NCBI GenBank assembly: GCA_964457955.1
Contig: CAYWEY010000007.1
Location: 8,783-40,782 of the forward strand
Direction: 5' to 3'
Length of the DNA stretch: 32,000 nt
Source of the DNA: Candidatus Woesearchaeota archaeon
GTDB taxonomy: Archaea; Nanobdellota; Nanobdellia; Tiddalikarchaeales; Tiddalikarchaeaceae
This document shows, one piece after another, positions 14,960-23,035 of the stretch. Position 1 is the first letter of the stretch. Each line of letters starts with the position of its first letter. Below the pieces are notes generated by a model, which was not told the origin of the DNA, searched no databases, and saw only the letters and a list, made by a program, of their open reading frames with translations. Position numbers and translations under genes: made by a program.

Positions 14960-15752
14960 GATAATTGTTGACAACACAGTTGATTACTTGTCAGGAACAG
15001 ATAAAAACTTTGTCAGTGAAGTTAAGATTCATTTATTCATGAATAACAAAGAAGTGAATCTGGATAAAAAAAGTTTTTACAAAAAAATAAGAAATAATAG
15101 TTTCAGGACAAGTCAGCCAAACCCTGATGATTTCCTGAAAATATATGAAAAGTATAAAGATAAGAAATTAATAGTACTAACACTCACTTCAAAACTAAGC
15201 GGCACGCATAATAGTGCATTAATCGCAAAAAAGAAGAGCAAGAACCAGTATATTTCTGTAATTGATTCAAGAACAACAAGCGCGGGATTAGGAATATTGG
15301 TTAAGAAAGCAACGAGTATGATTAAAGAAGAATATTCTTATGAAGAAATAATAAAAAAGATTAAAAAAATTGTTCCAAAAATAAGAATTTTTTTAGTGCT
15401 TAAAAAACTTAAGTACTTAGTTAGGAGAGGAAGAATTAATAAATCATTAGGTGTATTGGACAATATTGTTCATTTAAAACCAGTAATAGGTTTTTATAAC
15501 GGAGAATTAAAGAGTGCGGGAAAAATGCTGTTATTTGAAAATATTGAGAAAGGATTCTATAATTATATTCATAAAAGAATTCTTAATGCTCAAAAAATAT
15601 ATCTTCTTCATAATAATATGAAGAGAGAAGCAGATTATTTAAAAAAAAGATTCGGAAGAGAGTATGGTGTTGAAGTAATTGATTACTTGAATCCAGCACT
15701 AGGTGTTTATTCAGGACCAGAATGTATTGCAATAGGGTGGATTGAGGAATGA
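14940..15752 (+). CDS. DegV-family fatty-acid-binding protein (FakB-like)
   Basis: IRIIVDNTVDYL, RTSQPNPDDFLKIYEKY, LTLTSKLSGTHNSALIA, VIDSRTTSAGLG, LKKLKYLVRRGRINK, HLKPVIGF, GVYSGPECIAIGW. Overlaps the upstream gene by 20 nt and plsY by ATGA. Confidence 0.9.
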   Translation: MKKSGIRIIVDNTVDYLSGTDKNFVSEVKIHLFMNNKEVNLDKKSFYKKIRNNSFRTSQPNPDDFLKIYEKYKDKKLIVLTLTSKLSGTHNSALIAKKKSKNQYISVIDSRTTSAGLGILVKKATSMIKEEYSYEEIIKKIKKIVPKIRIFLVLKKLKYLVRRGRINKSLGVLDNIVHLKPVIGFYNGELKSAGKMLLFENIEKGFYNYIHKRILNAQKIYLLHNNMKREADYLKKRFGREYGVEVIDYLNPALGVYSGPECIAIGWIEE

Positions 15753-16288
15753 TAATTACTATATTATTAAGCTACTTGATAGGCAGTTTTCCAACAGCAT
15801 ACTTGTTTTATAAAAAAATATTTAATAAAGGCACTGGAAACATGGGTGCTTACAATTTTTTAAAAACCACGAACTCGTATCTTAAAACAAGCATAATACT
15901 GCTTATTGATGTGTTTAAAGGAGTTCTTATCGTGATTCTTTCGCAAACACTTAGTCCAGGACTAAATAGTCTTATTATTGGAGTAGTTTCAGGAATAATA
16001 GGTCATGATTACAGTATATTCGTGAATTTCAAGGGAGGAAAAGGACTTGGTTTAAGTATTGGAGTATTATTATTACTGGAGCCTTTCTTCTTAGTTTACA
16101 TGATTATGATTCTCGGAGTATTATACTTTATTTTCAGAAATAATGTTAAGGCAGGACTTGCGAGCATACCTTTCCTAATAATTCTTTATTTAATAATGAA
16201 TCCCGAGAATTATCCTCTTATTCTTGGAGTAATCAGTGCATTACTAATAGTTCACAAAGACGTGATTAAGATTCTTAATTCTTTTTAA
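15749..16288 (+). CDS. plsY: PlsY-family acyl-phosphate:glycerol-3-phosphate acyltransferase homologue
   Basis: YLIGSFPTAYL, GTGNMGAYN (motif 1), IDVFKG (motif 2), GHDYSIFVNFKGGKGLG (motif 3). 179-aa polytopic membrane protein. Confidence 0.8.
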   Translation: MIITILLSYLIGSFPTAYLFYKKIFNKGTGNMGAYNFLKTTNSYLKTSIILLIDVFKGVLIVILSQTLSPGLNSLIIGVVSGIIGHDYSIFVNFKGGKGLGLSIGVLLLLEPFFLVYMIMILGVLYFIFRNNVKAGLASIPFLIILYLIMNPENYPLILGVISALLIVHKDVIKILNSF

Positions 16289-17201
16289 CACCGCACTTCT
16301 TTAACAACTCATCCCATTCATTATCAACATGTTTTTGTATTCTCTTAATAAACTCTTCATTCTCATCCTTAAATAAGTGTTTAAAACGACCCTGAGTCTC
16401 TAAATATTTCTTAATAGGAATCCTGTTCTTATTATGATAATTAAGTTTGTACTCTCCATCCTCTATCTCGTATAATGGCCAGAAATTAGTCTTCACAGCA
16501 AGTTTGCTTATGTCAATACTCATATCATACTTATGCTTCCATCCTACAGGACAGGGACTGAAAACATTAATGAAAGCAGGTCCTTTTTTACTAAAAGCTT
16601 TCTTTGCTTTATTAATTAAGTCATTCCAGTCATGAACTGCTGCTTGAGCAGCGTAAGGAATATTATGGGCTGCAACAATTTCAGTAATATTCTTCCTGTA
16701 CTCTTTTTTTCCGAAACTCTTCTTTCCCGCAGGACTTGTTGTAGTACTCGCACCGTAAGGAGTTGCACTGCTTCTCTGAATACCCGTATTCATATAAGCT
16801 TCATTATCATAACAAACATATAGAAAATTATGTCCTCTCTCAAGTGCTCCGCTCAAGGACTGGAGCCCAATATCATATGTTCCGCCATCTCCTCCGAAAG
16901 CAACAAAATTAATCTTCTTCTTAATCTTTCCATTCTTTTTTAACGCACGATAAGCTGTTTCAATACCACTTATTGTGGCACCCGCGTTCTCAAAAGCGCT
17001 GTGAATGAAAGGAACATTCCAGCTCGTGTAAGGATAAATAGTTGTAGTAACTTCCATGCAACCAGTTGCAGCACATACAACAACAGGGTCTTCGCTAGCC
17101 CTGAGTATATTCCTCATAATTATTGGAAAAGCGCATCCTGCACAACTCCTGTGTCCCGGATTAATTTTTTCAGGCTTTTCACTTAATTCTTTAAGATTCA
17201 T
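16275..17201 (-). CDS. porB: Pyruvate (2-oxoacid):ferredoxin oxidoreductase beta subunit (TPP-binding)
   Basis: PGHRSCAGCA, GCMEV, and the TPP motif FGGDGGTYDIGLQSL...YDNEAYMNTGIQRS. Last gene of the gamma-delta-alpha-beta order. Confidence 0.9.
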   Translation of the reverse strand: MNLKELSEKPEKINPGHRSCAGCAFPIIMRNILRASEDPVVVCAATGCMEVTTTIYPYTSWNVPFIHSAFENAGATISGIETAYRALKKNGKIKKKINFVAFGGDGGTYDIGLQSLSGALERGHNFLYVCYDNEAYMNTGIQRSSATPYGASTTTSPAGKKSFGKKEYRKNITEIVAAHNIPYAAQAAVHDWNDLINKAKKAFSKKGPAFINVFSPCPVGWKHKYDMSIDISKLAVKTNFWPLYEIEDGEYKLNYHNKNRIPIKKYLETQGRFKHLFKDENEEFIKRIQKHVDNEWDELLKKCGVKKN

Positions 17202-18343
17202 TTTCTCACCCCAATATATTTTTCAGGCTTCTTATTCTTCAGCATCTTATCAAAAACGTTTTTTACGTCTTTTTCAAATAAGTCTCTTCCTCCGAGTCCG
17301 AAAACACAACTATGCACTTCTTTATCCACACTATTCTTTATCTCTGAATAGAGGGGAGGATTAGCACCAAAACTAGTGCTCCTGTCTAATACGCACATAT
17401 TCTTAACATTCTTTAAAGCTTTACCAACTTCTTCGTATGGGAAAGGACGGAACAAACGAATCTTTAATAATCCTACTTTCTTACCTTCTTTTCTCATATT
17501 ATCAACAACATGCTTAGTGATTCCTGCAGCAGTACTCATAGTAACAATAACACAATCAGCATCATCCATCCTGTACTCTTCAAAATAAGGATAATTTCTT
17601 CCAGTTATTTTTGATAATTCTTCACCAATATTCAAATACTCTTTCTTCGCCTTCTCCATTGCCTGAATACGCTGGAATTGTGTTTCAAAATAATAATCCT
17701 GAAGTTCGAGAGGACCCATAGTAACGGGTTTGTCAACATTTAATAAATAATGCTTGGGCTCGTACTCTCCCACGAATTCCTGAACAGTTTTTTCATCAAG
17801 TATTTTCATATTCTGAACACAGAAACTGTTGATAAAACCATCCTGCATAATCATAGCAGGAAGCATGACTTTTTCAGCAAGCTTAATACTTAATAAAGTA
17901 TTGTCATAAACATCCTGAGCATTCTCACTGTACATCTGAATCCATCCAATATCCCTGCAAGCCATACTGTCCGCATGATCACAATGAATATTGATAGGGC
18001 TGCTTAAAGCCCTGTTAACTATGTTCATTACAATAGGAAGACGAGTTCCGCTCGCAACACCAAGTATTTCAAACATTAATGCAAGTCCGGCACTGCTTGT
18101 TGCAGTCATTGCCCTGGCTCCAGCAGCACTCGCTCCAACACAACCACTCATTGCGCTGTGTTCGCTCTCAACAAGAATCATTTCAGTATCAACCTCGCCG
18201 TCAGCAACGAACTGTGTGAAACTCATCATAATATTCGTCTGCGGCGTAATTGGGAAAGCACTCACTACATCAGGATTAATCTGCTTCATCACGTGGGCAG
18301 CAGATTCTGCTCCAGTAAAAATGACTTTTTTCTGACTTATCAT
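17198..18343 (-). CDS. porA: Pyruvate (2-oxoacid):ferredoxin oxidoreductase alpha subunit
   Basis: FTGAESAAHVMKQINPDVVSAFPITPQT, ESEHSAMSGCVGASAAGARAMTATSSAGLALM. ATGA overlaps on both sides. Confidence 0.9.
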   Translation of the reverse strand: MISQKKVIFTGAESAAHVMKQINPDVVSAFPITPQTNIMMSFTQFVADGEVDTEMILVESEHSAMSGCVGASAAGARAMTATSSAGLALMFEILGVASGTRLPIVMNIVNRALSSPINIHCDHADSMACRDIGWIQMYSENAQDVYDNTLLSIKLAEKVMLPAMIMQDGFINSFCVQNMKILDEKTVQEFVGEYEPKHYLLNVDKPVTMGPLELQDYYFETQFQRIQAMEKAKKEYLNIGEELSKITGRNYPYFEEYRMDDADCVIVTMSTAAGITKHVVDNMRKEGKKVGLLKIRLFRPFPYEEVGKALKNVKNMCVLDRSTSFGANPPLYSEIKNSVDKEVHSCVFGLGGRDLFEKDVKNVFDKMLKNKKPEKYIGVRK

Positions 18344-18660
18344 TTCTCGCCCACCCCGTAATTCTCAACCATTCTGATAGCATTAACCGGGCAGATCTTA
18401 GCACATATACCGCATCCTTTACAGTAATCAAGATCAGCATCCTGAATCTGTCCTTTCTTAATTTTTATACAATTCTCAGGGCAGAACATGAAGCATAATA
18501 AGCAATTAGTGCAAGTTTCAGGATTCCTAACTGGTTCGGCACTCTTCCAGTCGCCAGTTCTGTACTCAACACTGCTTCCTGGACTAATGATTGTTCCACC
18601 TATAGGGATTTCTCCAGCACCCATTTTTTTGTCACAATATTCTGATTTTTTCTTCTTCAT
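18340..18660 (-). CDS. porD: Pyruvate:ferredoxin oxidoreductase delta subunit (2x[4Fe-4S] ferredoxin-type)
   Basis: Two cluster motifs, CTNCLLCFMFCP and CKGCGICAKICP. The presence of a delta subunit favours POR/VOR-type enzymes. Confidence 0.9.
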   Translation of the reverse strand: MKKKKSEYCDKKMGAGEIPIGGTIISPGSSVEYRTGDWKSAEPVRNPETCTNCLLCFMFCPENCIKIKKGQIQDADLDYCKGCGICAKICPVNAIRMVENYGVGEK

Positions 18661-19217
18661 TTTATAACAGCCTCTTCAAAAGCTTTCTTAACACCTTTAA
18701 CATTTTTTTCAGCAATCTTTTTACCAAAATGTTCCTTAATAGCTTTATTAAAATTATCTAAATTTATGATATCTTGATTTGTTGCTTTAATAAAAGCACC
18801 AGTAGTAATAAGGTTTGGCTTATTAACATTCATTAAACTAATACTTATTCCTGTAGCATCAACAACACCAACTTTTCCCTTAAAACCAACTTTTTTCCTA
18901 ATTTTTTCAGGGCTTTTGCGAGTGTTTACAATCAGTAAACCATTACTAGCCAAGTCCTGAATAATCTTTTTGCACAATAGTGTTTCATCAATAACAATTA
19001 AAGCATCAGGAGTGGTGATAGGGGAGAAAGTCTTAATAATATTCTTACTTATGCGCGCAAAAGTCCTCATAGGTGCTCCAGCGCGCTCAGGCCCGTATTC
19101 AGGAAAAGCCTGTACGTAATCATCCATCATGAAACCAGCTTCAGCAATTAATTGAGCGCCTGTCTTAGCACCCTGTCCTCCTCTTCCATGCATTCTTATC
19201 TCATAAAAATCACTCAT
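18657..19217 (-). CDS. porG: Pyruvate:ferredoxin oxidoreductase gamma subunit
   Basis: IRMHGRGGQGAKTGAQLIAEA N-terminus. First gene of porGDAB. TTTATAAAAAA box centred about 26 nt upstream. Confidence 0.9.
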   Translation of the reverse strand: MSDFYEIRMHGRGGQGAKTGAQLIAEAGFMMDDYVQAFPEYGPERAGAPMRTFARISKNIIKTFSPITTPDALIVIDETLLCKKIIQDLASNGLLIVNTRKSPEKIRKKVGFKGKVGVVDATGISISLMNVNKPNLITTGAFIKATNQDIINLDNFNKAIKEHFGKKIAEKNVKGVKKAFEEAVIK

Positions 19218-19237
19218 AAAATGATTAATATAATTGG

Positions 19238-19248
19238 TTTATAAAAAA
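19238..19248 (-). promoter_or_regulatory. TATA box upstream of porGDAB
   Basis: The minus strand reads TTTTTTATAAA, centred about 26 nt upstream of the porG ATG (19217). Confidence 0.45.
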
Positions 19249-19257
19249 CTTTTCGAG

Positions 19258-19716
19258 TTATTCTATTAATAACTCACCTAAGTCATAAAATATTTTCTCT
19301 ATATTATTTCCTGTCTTGGCAGAAGTAGGATAATAATTGTCAGGAATTATTTCACGGATTTTTTCAGAATTTATTGTCATCCCTGTTTCCTATAAAAAAT
19401 TCCATGCATTTATTATAATAAACATTGTTCTTGCTTAATTCTCTCCATTCTTCAAGATTATACAATGTTTCTGTTCTTGTTAAGTCAAAGACGTATATCA
19501 CTATATTTGCTCCCTGGAAAAAACTGTCAAGTATGAATCTGAATCTTTTCTGTCCCCCCAAAATCTCATATAGAATAACTAATATGATTGTTATCAATAA
19601 TTTATGGATTTTTTTGTATCTTCATCAAACTTTTTAGTCATGAATCTTTTTATAATAGAAGTTTTTCCTCCAGCACCGTCTCCCGCAATAACTGTTTTGA
19701 AAGTATACTTATTCAT
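19258..19716 (-). pseudogene. Ras/Rab-like small GTPase gene broken by two frameshifts (-1, then +1)
   Basis: My own translation gives three pieces. Piece 1, from ATG 19716, is MNKYTFKTVIAGDGAGGKTSIIKRF...DEDTKKSINY* (G1 P-loop). Piece 2, 19597-19364 in another frame, is ...LYEILGGQKRF (G3-like)...VIYVFDLT...IGNRDD (G4-like). Piece 3, 19380-19258 and back in the first frame, is ...YYPTSAKTGNNIEKIFYDLGELLIE* (G5 SAK). The first shift maps to 19597-19621, which contains a T7/A7 run at 19609-19615. The second maps to 19367-19389. Confidence 0.7.
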
Positions 19717-19795
19717 TGAATTTTTTAAAAAATTCAATATCTAAATTTTTTTTATATTAGTAATATTTTTAAACAAGTTATTTTTTTTTGATATT

Positions 19796-20305
19796 ATGGG
19801 CAGGAAGAATCATAAACCACCTCATAAAATGCCTCGCAAAGGCAGAAAGAAGCAGAGGAATATAAATTCACAGTCTTTTCAGATTAAGGAATTACCTTCA
19901 TATAATGATATTGTCAAGTATTTTTTTAATTATGGTGAAATCAAACATTATAAATTAAGCACTCATGCTTATCTTGAAAGTTCTGATTATATTATTAAAT
20001 CAAAACACTCAATACCTAGTTCAAGTATTGTTTATAGAGTTTTTGACAAGTATCAAAAAGTAGTTCCTGAACAAGTTAAGTTTTCTGTAAGACATTCTTC
20101 TTATTATGTTGATACCTTAATATTGAACAAATTAAAAAATAAGGGTTCTTATTATGAATTTGTTGGATTTGCTTACTTTAATAATCATGAATGGAGTCTG
20201 AAGCACAGAAAGAACAATATTTTTGTTCCCGGACTTGTTAAGACAGAAAAAAGTTTTAAAAGTCTGGAAGAAACACTTGGTTTTGTTAAACAAAAAATAC
20301 AATAA
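19796..20305 (+). CDS. Hypothetical protein with highly basic N-terminus (169 aa)
   Basis: ATG-started ORF, MGRKNHKPPHKMPRKGRKKQRN.... No family recognised. Divergent from the GTPase remnant across an AT-rich 79-bp spacer. Confidence 0.6.
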   Translation: MGRKNHKPPHKMPRKGRKKQRNINSQSFQIKELPSYNDIVKYFFNYGEIKHYKLSTHAYLESSDYIIKSKHSIPSSSIVYRVFDKYQKVVPEQVKFSVRHSSYYVDTLILNKLKNKGSYYEFVGFAYFNNHEWSLKHRKNNIFVPGLVKTEKSFKSLEETLGFVKQKIQ

Positions 20306-20447
20306 ATTTTTTATAATATGCGTAAACGCAATTGTATTGTTATCTTTGATGACTGTTGGTGTCGCTTTCTTCTTGGTTAGTAATGTTCAGTCCACTATTA
20401 CTGAACAATCGGGAAGCGCTGTCGGAAGCACTCCTGGTCCAGAGTGA
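20283..20447 (+). CDS. Possible small membrane-anchored peptide (TTG start; very tentative)
   Basis: The downstream part of track ORF 20223-20447 encodes NKKYNKFFIICVNAIVLLSLMTVGVAFFLVSN..., a basic stretch followed by a TM helix. In-frame TTG codons at 20277 and 20283 overlap the end of the upstream gene. No homology recognised. Confidence 0.25.
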   Translation: MLNKKYNKFFIICVNAIVLLSLMTVGVAFFLVSNVQSTITEQSGSAVGSTPGPE

Positions 20448-20799
20448 ATGAAACATATGATACTAGTGCAGAAGTATTATATTTCATGCTTACAGTAATT
20501 TCGGGCATAATTATTCTTTGAATCATTATAATGTATCCTGCCCAATGACTTCTTCTTTCCCCGATGTGGAATCATGTCCGTATCGATTTTGATTGCTCAA
20601 CAGACAAGCATGAATTATACTTTAATCAAGAATTAGTTGGAGAAGATTTATCATTTTCATAAGCAGTAATTCACTACCACATTATAATTATATTGATTCA
20701 ATAGGATTCTGATTATAGTTTAGGAGATTAATACTTACCCAGCATGCTGCGGTGATGATAATTTTTCGAACTCAACAAACTCATGCACTGGTGGAGTAT

Positions 20800-22137
20800 T
20801 TACTTAAGCAAATCCTTTGCTTTAAAAACTGTTATTGTATTCGTTGTTTTCTTAATAAAGAATCCTGCAACAAAAACAATTGTTTCATCCTTTTTTATTA
20901 AATTATTTTTCACACACATCCTGGTTGTTTTAAATAATTCATCAGTATCATACTCTTCCATTCCTTCATAATATTGAGGCATTACACCATAATTTATCAT
21001 CAACTGTTTTTCAACAATTTTTTCAGGAGTGATAGCAATAATATTCTTTTTTGGTTTAAAACGGCTCAGCATTCTTGCAGTATGTCCTGAACGAGTCAGG
21101 CAGATAATCTGGGCATCAAGTTCGTCAGCAACACCAAAAGCATAATCAGTTATAATATTCTCAACATCGATTTTTTCAAGCTCGTAATGAGGCATTTCAG
21201 CCAGACTCTCAGTATTAAGACATATCTTATTCATCTTATTCACAACAATCACCGGATAATCACCAATACTTGTTTCTCCTGAAAGCATAAGACAATCAGC
21301 ACCATCCAGTATTGCATTAGCAACATCACTCGTCTCCGCTCTTGAAGGATTCTTACTCTTAATCATTGACTCCATCATCTGGGTTGCAACAATAACAGGC
21401 TCGCCAATAATATTGCATTTCTTAATAATCTTTTTCTGAATCATCGGAACTTTCTCACTAGGCATCTCAACACCCAAGTCTCCGCGCGCAATCATGACTC
21501 CATGAGCTTCTTCCAATATTTCATTGAAATTATCCACTCCTTCCTTGTTCTCAATCTTTGCAATAACTCTGATACCAGTATTTTTTAACTTCTTCTTAAC
21601 AAGTCTTAAATCATCAGCACTGCTCGTGTAAGAAACTCCTATGAATTCAATATTATTCTTTACAGCAAACTTGATTCCTTTTTCATCCTTTTCAGTAAGA
21701 ACAGGAAGTTCTATATCAATATTTCTGAAAATAATGCTCTTATTCTTCCTTAACTCACCATTATTCATCATCTTAACACGGACAGAGTCTTTCTTAACAT
21801 CAATAATTTCTCCATTATTCATTCCGTCATTAAATAATACTTCAACACCTTTGCTTAATTTGTCATAAATATCAACTGATAAAGAGAACTCAATAACATC
21901 ATCTTCTTCAAAAACAATATCCTCATTAACAGTCCTTACTTCAGGCCCCTGAGTATCAAGAAGTATTGGAATATCGGAAACATTTCTGACATTCTCTATT
22001 ATTTTTTCATACTGCTCAAAATCACCATGGGATAAGTTAATCCTTGCAGAATTCATGCCATTATTAACCATTTTTTTAATAATATTCTCGTCCATACTGC
22101 TGGGTCCCAGAGTACATATGATTTTTGTCTTCTTCAT
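20800..22137 (-). CDS. pyk: Pyruvate kinase
   Basis: KTKIICTLGPSS, RINLSHG, DTQGPEVR, IAKIENKEG, MIARGDLGVEMP, VATQMMESM, LSGETSIG. Its ATG overlaps the TGA of the upstream TrxR-like gene. Confidence 0.95.
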   Translation of the reverse strand: MKKTKIICTLGPSSMDENIIKKMVNNGMNSARINLSHGDFEQYEKIIENVRNVSDIPILLDTQGPEVRTVNEDIVFEEDDVIEFSLSVDIYDKLSKGVEVLFNDGMNNGEIIDVKKDSVRVKMMNNGELRKNKSIIFRNIDIELPVLTEKDEKGIKFAVKNNIEFIGVSYTSSADDLRLVKKKLKNTGIRVIAKIENKEGVDNFNEILEEAHGVMIARGDLGVEMPSEKVPMIQKKIIKKCNIIGEPVIVATQMMESMIKSKNPSRAETSDVANAILDGADCLMLSGETSIGDYPVIVVNKMNKICLNTESLAEMPHYELEKIDVENIITDYAFGVADELDAQIICLTRSGHTARMLSRFKPKKNIIAITPEKIVEKQLMINYGVMPQYYEGMEEYDTDELFKTTRMCVKNNLIKKDETIVFVAGFFIKKTTNTITVFKAKDLLK

Positions 22138-23006
22138 TTTCTCCTCCTCTTAATAATATTCTGTCCAGCAACAGCGCCTTCACTAACTGCTTTACACACT
22201 TGAAGTAATCCTCCTGTGCAGTCGCCTGCAGCCCAAACATTATTAGTATTAGTCTCCTGATTATCATCCACTTTTATGAAATAATTCTTAATTTCTATTC
22301 CCAATTCTCTTGCAAAATCAATGCTTGAAGCAGAACCAAGGAATACGAAAACACCATCAGTCCTGAATTCTTCACCATCAATGATTAAAGACTCTACTTT
22401 TTTATCTCCTTTTATTTCACTCACTTCTTTATCAATGATTTCAATATCATTCTCTTTTAATTCAGTCATCAAATCCTCACTAATATTCATTTCTTTACTG
22501 TTTGTTATTAGAGTAATATTCTGAGTAAAATCAATTAATTCCAGTGCTTTATCAGCACCATAATCCTCATTACCGATAACAACAACTTTCTTGTTTTTAA
22601 AGAAGAAAGCGTCACACATTGTGCAGTAACTCACTCCTTTACCAACAAATTTTTCCTCATTCTTAATACCACTTTTCTTAATTTCAACACCTGTAGCAAT
22701 TAACAAAAACTTTGATTCATAATTTTCTTTTTTTGTCTTAACAATAAATAATTCATTTTCTTTCTTAACACTCAATACTTCATCATTAATTATTTCAGCA
22801 CCACAATCCTCTGCCTGCTCAGTGCCTTTAACCATTAATTTTTTTCCGCTGATATTATTGTTTCCGAAAAAATTCTTGATAATAACTTCATCTTTCCATA
22901 TATCATTCTCTTTACCTATTATTAGAGTGCTTAATCCTGCAATACTTGTGTATATTCCTGCACTAAGTCCTGCAGGTCCCCGTCCTATTATAATAACTTC
23001 ATACAT
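22134..23006 (-). CDS. trxB: Thioredoxin-reductase-family flavoprotein with a degenerate NADPH-binding site
   Basis: FAD motif VIIIGRGPAGLSAG, redox-active CTMC in the position of CATC, C-terminal WAAGDCTGG. The positions of GGGNSA and HRRxxxR read VVVIGNEDYGADKA and LITNSKEMNIS. Confidence 0.85.
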   Translation of the reverse strand: MYEVIIIGRGPAGLSAGIYTSIAGLSTLIIGKENDIWKDEVIIKNFFGNNNISGKKLMVKGTEQAEDCGAEIINDEVLSVKKENELFIVKTKKENYESKFLLIATGVEIKKSGIKNEEKFVGKGVSYCTMCDAFFFKNKKVVVIGNEDYGADKALELIDFTQNITLITNSKEMNISEDLMTELKENDIEIIDKEVSEIKGDKKVESLIIDGEEFRTDGVFVFLGSASSIDFARELGIEIKNYFIKVDDNQETNTNNVWAAGDCTGGLLQVCKAVSEGAVAGQNIIKRRRK

Positions 23007-23035
23007 ATTAAAAAAATATGAAAAGAATTATTAAA

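Noticed and set aside
14063-16288. Bacterial contamination or chimeric contig as an explanation for the Fak-PlsY operon
   Set aside because: This cannot be excluded without reads, but it is unlikely. Codon and AT composition, the ATGA coupling style and the TATA-box spacing match the rest of the window. The plsY 3' end also physically overlaps the archaeal-style porB gene by 14 nt.
16275-19217. Assigning the oxidoreductase specifically to 2-oxoglutarate or 2-oxoisovalerate
   Set aside because: The four-subunit gamma-delta-alpha-beta organisation with a delta ferredoxin subunit, plus the nearby pyk, favours pyruvate. Substrate specificity cannot be read from motifs alone, so I call it POR-type with that caveat.
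20448-20799. tRNA or other canonical structured RNA in the two larger non-coding stretches (12522-12750 and 20448-20799)
   Set aside because: The only TTCGAA-type sequence (about 20768) has no complementary T-stem flanks, no acceptor-stem pairing and no GC-rich stems. I cannot exclude a novel ncRNA, but a tRNA call is unsupported.
20745-20800. Possible C/D-box sRNA (GTGATGA at about 20751-20757; CTGA at about 20710)
   Set aside because: The CTGA lies upstream of the C-box-like element rather than downstream. No terminal D box or C'/D' pair is found at the proper spacing on either strand.
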